DNA from: Salpingoeca rosetta
Taxonomy: Eukaryota > Protista > Choanoflagellata
DNA: 64,000 nt
Assembly: GCA_033442325.1 (NCBI GenBank)
Contig: JAWQFM010000023.1
Coordinates: 628,410 to 692,409 of the forward strand
Direction of reading: 5' to 3'
Made by a program: the position numbers and the translations under genes. Positions 52,801 through 64,000 of the stretch are shown here, piece by piece (the first letter of the stretch is position 1; the number at the start of each line of letters is the position of its first letter). The notes beneath the pieces are model-generated. The model saw only the letters and a program-made list of their open reading frames with translations. It ran no database searches and had not been told where the DNA came from.

Positions 52801-54906
52801 TTGCGTGGCCGTTGCACTCACAGGGCTGGCACTCGAATGATGGCTGGTCGACGATGGAGGGCTGCCACTGTGCGTCATTGAGGAGGGTGTCGCACTCGGT
52901 GCACGCCGTGCCCGTGGTGCCATGCTCGCACTGGCACGCAAAGCCCGTTTCCGGCCCGCACACCTCCGCGTGTCCGTTGCAGACGCACGAGCCCGCGACA
53001 GCCACGTCACGCAGGGCGTAGTAGCGGCCCTGCTGCAGGCTGAGGAAGCCATCGAGAATGCCGTGATCCAGGAAGCGGATGCGGATGCGCCGTGCCTGCG
53101 AGAGTGCAAGCAGGGTCTCGCTCGCTTGCCAGGTGCTGACGTCACCGGCAGCGGCCAGCACGCGCGCGTCTGTGAAGGGCGTCAGGGTCACGGTGCGCTG
53201 GAGGCCGAGCACAGCCGGGATGCAGATGAGTGGAGAGCCGCCGTCAAGCAGCGGCGTGGACACGGCAGGTTCAGGGCATGATTCCCGCACAGCGACGATG
53301 TGGCGGTAGCTGGTGTCGCCACTGTCGCCGTCAGCGCCACTGGGTGAAGAAGTTGGGGAGAAGAGGATGTCGTAGGCGCGTGGCGAGTAGCCCTGGAACT
53401 TGAGGGTGATGGCAGTGACATGCTGCTGCACGGGCAAGGTGAGGGTGAGGTTGACCTGATCGATGCCCCGTGGCGCCTGCCAGATGGTGGTTGGATCCTC
53501 ATCCAGGGCAAACTCCGGGTAGAACGCGCCCGTGCCCGTGCGAATGCGAGCTGTGCCGCTGATGCCCTGGCCCTCGCTTGCTGCGGTTGCGCACTGCGTC
53601 GCGTCCGCGCGCAGGAGCAGCGGGTAGGTGCGCGGGCACAGGCACGTGCTTGCAGGCAAGCGAGCGCCGCCAACAAGCGCAGTCAGCGCCGGCTCGGTAC
53701 GGAGGGCGGCCGTGCTCAGGCTCGCTGCCTCCTGCTCCACAAGTGCGGCGTCTGCCGCCATGACACTGGCCAGCGTGCCCATGTAGTTGTCCTGCGGCGC
53801 GACTCCAGCTGGAGTTGCACCAAGGAAGAGGCGGTCTGGGCCACAGATGCCAAAGGACTGCAGGATGGGCACGCAGCGCATGAAGTCTGGGTAGGTGGGC
53901 AGTGCCGCTGTTGCTGCAAAGGCACCGTCCACGTAAGCGGTGGCCCGCAGCTGATGCAGGGCAAACACGAGGTGGTGCTCTGCGCCATCGTACAGGGAAG
54001 AGGGAATGGCGAGCGGCACGCTGAACTCTTGCAGCTGCCGGCTGTCCACAAACGCGGTGTACTGCAACACGAGCCGCTGCCGTTGCGTGTCCACCTGCAA
54101 CTCAAATACCAGCTCGTCATCCTCCGTATACACGCCAACCAGCGGCCTATTGAATTTCAGGCGGGGGAAAGCATGGATGGAGGTTAAGTGAGCATGTGCA
54201 TGTATGTGCATGTGTGTGTGTGTGCGTGTGTGCGTTCGTGCATGTGTGTGCATGTGCATGTGTGTGTGTGTGTGCGTTCGTGCATGTGTGTGCATGTGCA
54301 TGTGTGTGTGTGTGTGCGTTCGTGCATGTGTGTGCATGTGTGTGTGTGTGCGTTCGTGCATGTGCATGTGTGTGTGTGTGCGTGAGCATGTGCATGTGTG
54401 TGCGTTCGTGCATGTGTGTGCATGTGCATGTGTGTGTGTGTGTGCGTGTGCGTGAGCATGTGTGAGTGTGTGTGTGTGTGTGTGTGTGCGTTCGTGCATG
54501 TGTGTGTGTGCGTGAGCATGTGTGAGTGTGTGTGTGTGAGTGTGTGCGTGGGTGCGTTCGTGCATGTGTGCGTTCGTGCATGTGTGTGTGCATGTGTAAT
54601 TGCAATAGAGACGGTCTCTGCGTCGGGGAGGTGGCATGAAAGCAAACAACAGAGGGCAAATGGATTATATTGCAATTGCTTTGCATGCACGCACAGACGT
54701 GTTGGGTGGCACGTGTACCTTGAGTCGAAAAACGATGGCGTGAGCGCGAGGGAGAAGGCAATTGAGGGCACGGTGGGCAGGGAGAACGACTCGTCCAAGG
54801 GGATGGAGTACACCTCCGTGCCATTCAAGGTAACGCGCTCCTGTGCGGGCCAAAACAAGGAACAGGGGCAAGAAACGTGAGACACTGTTGCAAAGGAAGT
54901 GTGTGT

Positions 54907-54971
<65 letters not shown>

Positions 54972-55312
54972 GATATTGGGTTATCATAGGCTCTTGGCCC
55001 TCCATCCAGGCTCTAACAGGACAGACAACAAGCTTGGGGGCCTAGTCGAAGCAGCTAAAGGATGCATTAATATTGTGATGTTTACCTCCTGAGGGCTGTT
55101 CTGTACTTATTGCCCTTTGAAACAGTCTCACCGATAATACCCCCCCAGGGGTCGGGCCGTCAGCATAGCGATTTAGTGTGAAATACTGTCAATGACCCCC
55201 TAGATGGACTCATTTCCCCGCCTCCTTTCAGGAACGATTATCCCCCAGTTTTATCCCGAGTGCCTCTTTCTCATCGCATTGTCGGGCGGCCCGTGACCTG
55301 AGTGTAGTAGAG

Positions 55313-55386
<74 letters not shown>

Positions 55387-55617
55387 CCTGACTGCATGTC
55401 TCAGCGAAGTGACGAGTTCAATGAATGTCAAGCAGTGTGCGAATCAAAGCGGTTTGTAGGACTTGATGCTCGCAGCACTTGGGTGGAAGAGGGAAGATCA
55501 GAACTGAACTGCACGAGTGCATGCAACCGCGTGTACACGACACTTGCACATGTGCATATCATGTGCAAACTTGTGCATCCGTGCTTGCACACACACAAGC
55601 GTATGTGTACGCCCATG

Positions 55618-55659
<42 letters not shown>

Positions 55660-56042
55660 GCGCTCACGTTTGGAATTCCGGCAAGGGGAAAGAGGGGCGT
55701 GAGCTGTGCTGGGATCTCTGTGTTGGGACAGTCGTTGTTGCACACGCGAGTCTGGGAGCAGCGCAGAGGGTTGCTTGCAAGTTCGCAGTAGTCTGTTGCA
55801 GCATCACTGGTGCCACACGTGGCTGACGCCTCGATGCTGCTGGCGTAACGTTCGAGGTGTGCTGTGGCTTGGGGGAACGCTGGGTTTGGCACCTCTGCCG
55901 CCACGGCACACAAGCACGTGCTGGTGAGCAGCGTGACAGCAGCCAAGAGCAAGAGTGCTGTGGCAGCGGCGCGGCGTCGTGCCGTGGACACGAAGCCATG
56001 AGCCGCCGATGTTCTTGCCATCAAACGCTCACGTGGCCGCAT
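20987..56042 (-). CDS. Giant lefftyrin-type cadherin receptor (~10,800 aa after correcting one frameshift): signal peptide, LamG/Laminin-N, laminin-EGF, furin-like repeat, cadherin repeats, TMEM132-like and cohesin/dockerin modules, FN3, TM, inactive PTP domain
   Basis: Phase-consistent exons: 56021 (or 56042)-55668, possible micro-exon 55508-55479, 54840-54719, 54146-41609, 41245-41039, 40836-23962, 23665-23469 (TM: [19 protein letters not shown]), 23182-20987. These sum to 32,520 nt including one restored base. Dozens of DxNDNxP / LDxE / AxDxD cadherin motifs. The LamNT-EGF-furin N-terminal cassette plus FN3-TM-PTP C-terminal cassette matches the described lefftyrin family of choanoflagellates and sponges. 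Confidence 0.9.
21690..22400 (-). other. PTP-like domain of the giant cadherin, predicted catalytically dead
   Basis: Recognisable PTP motifs are present ([37 protein letters not shown]). The signature reads [11 protein letters not shown] (~21860-21890) instead of VHCSAGxGR, and there is no WPD loop. Confidence 0.85.
32300..32505 (-). other. Dockerin-like domain (two Ca2+-binding loops) within the giant cadherin
   Basis: [21 protein letters not shown] ... [21 protein letters not shown]: duplicated DxNxDGxxDxxD loop-helix motif typical of dockerins. Confidence 0.8.
34360..36290 (-). other. TMEM132-like cassette (conserved region + cohesin-like + Ig-like domains) within the giant cadherin
   Basis: [13 protein letters not shown] (~36051-36090), RLINTYSLT, and [24 protein letters not shown] resemble recalled TMEM132 motifs (C..EL...SSWF; ILNTAxLTG; CxSSDEDVxKVSxxCDxVFVNG). 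Confidence 0.7.
39585..39690 (-). repeat. Coding trinucleotide repeat giving a poly-Thr tract in the cadherin ectodomain (also poly-Ser ~34620-34710 and poly-Asn ~46823-46861)
   Basis: (TTG)n/(TCG)n on the + strand, in frame within the long cadherin ORFs. Confidence 0.9.
52190..54146 (-). other. N-terminal LamG-like + Laminin-N + laminin-EGF repeats + furin-like repeat of the giant cadherin
   Basis: [21 protein letters not shown] (LamG-like). [37 protein letters not shown] (LamNT end). [23 protein letters not shown] (laminin EGF). [20 protein letters not shown] (furin-like). Confidence 0.9.
54970..55314. mobile_element. Candidate ~345-bp insertion inside a (GT)n microsatellite in a 5' intron of the cadherin gene
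   Basis: Non-repetitive, TA-dinucleotide-rich segment with sharp borders, flanked on both sides by pure (GT)n. No TIR, poly-A or ORF recognised. Confidence 0.35.
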
Positions 56043-56862
56043 GCCTGCATGTGCACTGCTGCCGGTGCAGCTGGTGTAGCTGTTTCTGTGTATGTGGTGC
56101 TGTTGCTGGCGGCCACCTTGAGGCCCTGAGAGAACAGATGGCCTCATACGGCGGCGCACCATCGCTGGTGGGCTTGCTGGGGGGTGAGAGAGCTGCCTGG
56201 CCTGTTTGCGTAACGGCCGCTCCAAAAGCTAGTCAGTCAGTGCAGCGGTTGAGATGGGTGTGCGATTGTTGTTGTCCTTGTGTCTGTTGCGAGCGATTGC
56301 AATAGCCTTTGTGTTTGCGTTGCACGAGGAGGGGTGTGTGAAGATGCAAACAGACTGCTTAAGGGGCTGTCTGCGATGCGTGTGCGTCTGTATGTATGTA
56401 TGTATGTATGTATGGGTGAGGTTGATGGCCGACGGTGTGACGGTCGTGTGCTTGTGGCTGTTGTCTTCCTTCAGCACCAGCGTTAACGCTCCGCCCACAA
56501 CAACACAATAATGGCTGCGGAGTTTTTGCTTGCCTGCAAGCAAGCAGGCGGTGGGTGCGGCGGAAGAACAATTTTTTTATTTTGTGGAATTCTCAAATGT
56601 AAACGCTGATTGGTCGGTTGTCAATTCAAACAAGAGGAGGGGGGGGGGGGGGGGCAAGATGGCGAGGATGGCGAGGATGGCGAGGATGGTGTGTGCTTGT
56701 TGAAGTGCCTGCGGTGGCTGAACCGGCCTCTAGTTTGTGTGTCTGTGTGTGGTGATGAACGTCATTGATCCCGATTGCGTGGTTCGTGCACACACGATGC
56801 ATACACACACACACACGTGTTCACATGCTCACATGATACACAGTGGAAGTGGTGCACTTTCG

Positions 56863-59579
<2,717 letters not shown>

Positions 59580-59624
59580 GAGTGTTGAAGTGCGACACGA
59601 TAAAATGCATTTTCACGGAACCAG
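59580..59624. promoter_or_regulatory. 45-bp head-to-head spacer with perfect palindrome AAAATGCATTTT (59602-59613)
   Basis: Lies between the inferred epimerase ATG (59579, minus) and the PPR ATG (59625, plus). The regulatory role is inferred. Confidence 0.45.
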
Positions 59625-61487
59625 ATGGCTTTGGTTGTGGCAGGCGGCGCATGCAGACTGGCTGCAGCCAGCAGCGCTCGTGCCATTGCAGCGAGCACAC
59701 CAGCGAGAAGACTGGTGTCGTTGTCATCATCATCATCATCATCAGTATCAGCGACAACAGCATCTCCCCGTTCTGTTGTTCAGCCATGCAGAAGGCAGCT
59801 CTCGACAACGATGCGGCGGCGGCAGCAGCAGCAGCAGCAGCAGCAACGACACAGCGCACACTTCTGCAATCATCGCAGGAGATTGGCGCTGTGTGAGGTG
59901 AGGGCAGGACCAGCGTCCTTGATCTCGCAGTCATTGACACTGTCGCACAAGCCAACGCTTATTGCACCGTTGGCAAGAAGAACGGTAACAACCACAACTC
60001 GTGTGCTGGAATCAGAATCGACCTCACCATCAGCGACAAAACCCGATGCCGACGCCGCATCAGATCTCAGCACGCACACAACAACAACAGCTGGGGAATC
60101 AGCAGGCACGGATGCCAAGCAACAACAAGAACAGGAACAGGAACAACAGCAGCAAGATCAGCAGCAACAAGGCACTGACGCCATGGCTGCGAGGACTCTC
60201 CATGGCACAAGGTTCAAGGAAACGGTTGGCGGCGGGCAGGGAAAGAAGCGAGGGAAGCCGCGCCGCCCCAACGTGTTGAAGGACGAGCTCAAGGGCTTGT
60301 CTCCCGTGGCGGCGGTGCGCCACGTCATCGAGGCTGCGGAGCGCGGGCGCAAGGTGCAGCGCGCACACTGGCACATGGCCCTGGAAGCGTGCAGCCGCGT
60401 CGGGTTTTATAAGCCGGCCGAGAGCGTGTTTGAGGCCATGGAGCAGCACGGCGTCAAGCCCAACCCGTTCACGTATCGCCTGCTCATCCACGTGTACGGG
60501 GTGGCCAAGCACCTGGACAAGGTGCTGCACTTCTACAACAAGCTGCAGCAGCTGCAGCACGACTCGGACCACCCCACCTTTCGCCTGCGCATCAAGGACT
60601 TCAACACCGTCCTGGAGGCCATCAGCCACTGCGGCGCGCTGCGCGAGTTTGAGCACGTGTATGCGCAGATGCGGCAGGCTGGCGCGCAGCCGGACGACAA
60701 GACGCTCGTGGTGGCCATGGCCTGCTACAGCAAGGCCGGCGTGCAGCGGGAGCTTGACTACGCTTTTGAGCAGTACGTGCAGCAGCAGGACGAGAAGTGC
60801 CTGCCGCTCTCGCCCTACGTCTTCAACGCGTACATGAGCCACTACTCGCGCGCGTGCAACCCGACCAAGTGCCGCGAGGTGCTTGATCTGTGGCGGTCGC
60901 GCGGCAGCGAGGAGAACTGGTACCTCGTCAACTCGTACATGTCCTCATATGCGCTGAGCGGCGACTGCGAGGGGTGCGAGCGCGTGTTTCGACAGGAGGT
61001 GCTTGATCGCAGCGGCGGCACCGTCACGCCCTCTGTGCTCAACACGCTCATGAACGCGTATGTACGCGCGGGGCGCGTGGAGGATGCGCGCAACGTGCTT
61101 GCCTTGTTTGAGCAGCATCGCCTCCGGCCCGAGGTCACGACGTTTATGATCCTGCTGCAGGCGCTTGCGCAGCAGGGCAACGTTGCCGCTGTGCGCGCGC
61201 TGATGACGCACATGGAGCGGCTGCGGCTCAACGCGGGGGCGCGGGCATATGCGATGCTGCTGCGTGCCATGTGCGTGCGCGGGGACCCGCCGCAGGCGCT
61301 TGAGGCGACCTTTGACAAGATGCTGCACAGCAAGATCAAGCCGCTCCCGCTGTCGTTTGAGTCGCTCTACCTGGCGTATGCGAACGTTGGGGACGCGGCC
61401 GGTTGCGAGTCCACCCTTCGCCGCATTCGCCTCCTCGGCCTTCCCCTCACAACAGCCATCAAGCAGCACCAGGGCATGGCCTCTTGA
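59625..61487 (+). CDS. Pentatricopeptide repeat (PPR) protein, probably mitochondrial, single exon, 620 aa
   Basis: Arg/Ser/Ala-rich N-terminus followed by ~35-aa helical repeats: AESVFEAMEQHGVKPNPFTYRLLIHVY, FNTVLEA..MRQAGAQPD, VLNTLMNAYVRAGRVEDA, LRPEVTTFMILLQALAQQG, YAMLLRAM. Confidence 0.9.
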   Translation: MALVVAGGACRLAAASSARAIAASTPARRLVSLSSSSSSSVSATTASPRSVVQPCRRQLSTTMRRRQQQQQQQQRHSAHFCNHRRRLALCEVRAGPASLISQSLTLSHKPTLIAPLARRTVTTTTRVLESESTSPSATKPDADAASDLSTHTTTTAGESAGTDAKQQQEQEQEQQQQDQQQQGTDAMAARTLHGTRFKETVGGGQGKKRGKPRRPNVLKDELKGLSPVAAVRHVIEAAERGRKVQRAHWHMALEACSRVGFYKPAESVFEAMEQHGVKPNPFTYRLLIHVYGVAKHLDKVLHFYNKLQQLQHDSDHPTFRLRIKDFNTVLEAISHCGALREFEHVYAQMRQAGAQPDDKTLVVAMACYSKAGVQRELDYAFEQYVQQQDEKCLPLSPYVFNAYMSHYSRACNPTKCREVLDLWRSRGSEENWYLVNSYMSSYALSGDCEGCERVFRQEVLDRSGGTVTPSVLNTLMNAYVRAGRVEDARNVLALFEQHRLRPEVTTFMILLQALAQQGNVAAVRALMTHMERLRLNAGARAYAMLLRAMCVRGDPPQALEATFDKMLHSKIKPLPLSFESLYLAYANVGDAAGCESTLRRIRLLGLPLTTAIKQHQGMAS

Positions 61488-62081
61488 ACACATGTGTGTG
61501 TGTGGGGGGGGGGGTTGTGCGGATACGTTTGCTTGCTTGTCTCTGCCTGTGTTGCTTCGGTGCATCGAACCAAAGCCTTGCGAAAAAAAAAAAGAAACCA
61601 CACACAAACAAAGAAGGAAATCTGCTGCACAACCACCACCACAACAGAACAACAACCTCCAAAACATTCTTTCGCTTGCTGACCGCTGCTGGCGTCGAAG
61701 CGTGGTGGTCCTGGTGGTCCTGGTGTCACCCAACACGACAACGAAAGCAGAGCAACGTCGGCAGGGGAAGGCAGCCGTCTTTCATCGTCTCACACCCCAC
61801 CCCCACCACACTCACACTCTCTCACAAAGCAACCGGTGTCATCCTCCGCTTGTCGATCTGTACATGACAATTCCCCTCCCTCCATCTCTCCTCTCTGTCT
61901 TTCCTTCTCTTCTCTCCTTCTCTCTCTCTCCCTCTCCCTCCTCTCTCCCTCTCCCCCTCCCTCTTTCCTTCCACCACACCCGCACACACACACACACCCG
62001 CACACACACACACACACACACGCACACACACACAAACACACACACATCTCCACCACACAAGACACCACGCATCACATTTAG

Positions 62082-63180
62082 GTGGTGTCGCGTATGCCCA
62101 CGCAGCCAACACCGTGGTACGAGCGGCTGAGCGTGCGGCCACCCCCGGTTGAGTGGTACGACGACAACTGTACCCACACCCCAACACTCAACGCAAGAAG
62201 CCGGGCCCTGGCCAAGCACCGACGCGAGTCGCCAGCCAGACCACAACAACAGAACACACCCTCACCCACAACATCGGCGTCGTCCACCATCGCAACCACG
62301 TCCGCAACAGCCAGAACAATCACAACAACCACAACAACTACACCAGCAACCACACCAGCAACCACACCAGCAACAACCATATCTACCACAATAGCAACAA
62401 CAACAACAACAACAACAGTCGCAACAGCAGCTACGGCTGCTGCCACCATCCTCACAGAACCTCTGCCGCCAGTGCACGCGTCGCCTTCGCCCTCTCTGTC
62501 GCCTTCGCGTGTGCTGCAGGTGCCGGCCATCACCGTGCCTGCACCGCCGGGAAGCCCACGCATCGCCTCCATCAAGCCATCATCACCACCACCAACCTCC
62601 CCCACAGCATCCACAGCAACACTCAAGCGGTCCACATCGCTGCCCGCGTCGCCATCAAGGCCGCAAGTCGGCAGAGCACCAGGCTCGCCACGATCACCAC
62701 GGTCTCTGGCTCGGCGCGTCGGCGCATCACCGCAGCCAGCACGACGCTCGCCCGGCCCACGCCGCAGCCGCAGCCGCAACCTCGACGGCGAGGAGCACTT
62801 CACCTTCCGCCCGCGCATCAGCTCTGCCAGCCGTCGGCTCGCCGGCCGCCGCACCAACGGGTACTTGGAGGCGCGTCGCCAGTCCAACTTGGAGCGCATT
62901 GTCAAGGAGGCCAAGGCCGAGGAGGTGTTCCAGCCCCGGCTCAACAAGCGGTCTGCACAGCTCGTCACGTCGTCGTTCTTCGAACGCCAACAGCAGTTCC
63001 TGCACCGCAAAGCGGAGCTACAGGCTGTCAGCGACCTGTACCGGCTTGAGAGCGAGCAGAAGATGCACCGTCGCTCGCCCCCGGTTCGCATCGCCCCGCT
63101 TCCACCACCGCACGCACCAGCCGCATCCACGCACCAAGAGCACGCTGATGCCGGCCACCTCCACTCACCAACCCCAACCG

Positions 63181-63211
<31 letters not shown>

Positions 63212-63671
63212 GACTACGACAGCGGGCAGGGGATTGCGCAGCCCACAGCGTCGCATCGCTGCCGTTGTTCGCCGAGACAAGCTGGCAGCAAAGGCCAAGC
63301 AACAGCAGCAACTGCTCCAACACCACCAGCACACACGCGCCACCAATACATCAAAGAATGGTGGTGGCGGCGGCGGTGGTGGTGTATCCCCGAGCAAGCG
63401 CACGGCTTTAGTTCGCCTGCGCCGCCCGCGCTCTGCCGGTGGAGCGGTTGGTGACTCAGCACAGCGCAACAAACGAGGTGGAGGAGGAGGAGGAAGAGGA
63501 GTGGGAGGACTTGAGGAAGGACAGCATGCTGATCAGATGGTTCGTCCGGCCACGGCCTCCAGTGCCCTCATTCGCCGCCGCACCCCGTCCGCAACACCGA
63601 AACCCCGCGCCCTGCGCAGAACACACTCCGGTGCGACCACGTGTTTGTGTGTTGGAGATGAGCGTTTGTGA
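62082..63671 (+). CDS. Low-complexity Thr/Pro/Ser/Arg-rich hypothetical protein with three TFxPxI/L-like repeats; true ends uncertain
   Basis: 529-codon ORF directly after a pyrimidine/CA tract and an AG at 62080-62081 (first ATG ~62093). Repeats CTHTPTLNARSRALA, FTFRPRISSASRRLA, EVFQPRLNKRSAQL. It may splice at ~63640 to an exon near 63934. Confidence 0.6.
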
Positions 63672-63677
63672 TAGTGC

Positions 63678-63785
63678 GTTGTGTTGTGTTGTGTTGTGTT
63701 GTGTTGTGTTGTGTTGTGTTGTGTTGTGTTGTGTTGTGTTGTGTTGTGTTGTGTTGTGTTGTGTGGGTTGTGTTGTGTTGTGTGT
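63678..63785. repeat. (TTGTG)n pentanucleotide repeat
   Basis: Directly visible. Confidence 0.95.
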
Positions 63786-64000
63786 GTGGTGTGGTGTGGT
63801 GTATTGGGTTGTGTTGTGTCGTGTGGGGTTTGTACATGTTAATGTGCCACAGCTTCTTGAACCCCACCACGATCTTTTCGTCTCACCACCCTCATCATGT
63901 TATCAACAACAACAACGCCGACAACAACACCAGTTGCGTGTGCGCGGCCAACGGAGCACAGGGAGCGAACGATGTGCAGCCCAACACAGGAATCGCAGCA

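Noticed and set aside
41283-54649. Treating the 3246-aa, 1300-aa and 5741-aa ORFs as separate genes
   Set aside because: They are joined by a 1-bp frameshift and phase-compatible introns, and share a single signal peptide and a single TM segment.
62078-63472. 464-aa minus-strand ORF
   Set aside because: Antisense to the plus-strand ORF that carries the repeated motif and has a plausible splice acceptor.

Overview
Intron-rich, GC-rich eukaryotic DNA saturated with (GT)n/(CA)n microsatellites. Gene content (lefftyrin-type cadherin, Shc-type PTB adaptor) points to a choanoflagellate, probably Salpingoeca rosetta or a relative (inference). Seven genes are supported. (1) A mitochondrial-type serine hydroxymethyltransferase fused to a degenerate and then a complete glycine-cleavage T domain (minus strand, 3' end probably off-window). 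(2) A Shc-type PTB adaptor with a long Tyr-motif tail and no visible SH2. (3) Mitochondrial DLST (2-oxoglutarate dehydrogenase E2). (4) A ~35 kb, ~10,800-codon single-pass cadherin receptor: usherin-like head, laminin-EGF and furin-like repeats, dozens of cadherin repeats, a calsyntenin-like cassette, a TMEM132-like cassette, cohesin / polybasic sites / dockerin, FN3, TM, pseudo-PTP and a PDZ tail, with one 1-bp frameshift. (5) An extended-SDR epimerase. (6) A single-exon PPR protein whose ATG is only 45 bp from the epimerase ATG. (7) A low-complexity protein with TFxPxI-like repeats. The best candidate for an undescribed system is the cohesin - convertase-site - dockerin 'cut-and-clasp' arrangement in the giant receptor. 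Most short ORFs in the supplied track are microsatellite or antisense artefacts. Exon boundaries were read by eye, and family assignments come from recalled motifs, not searches.
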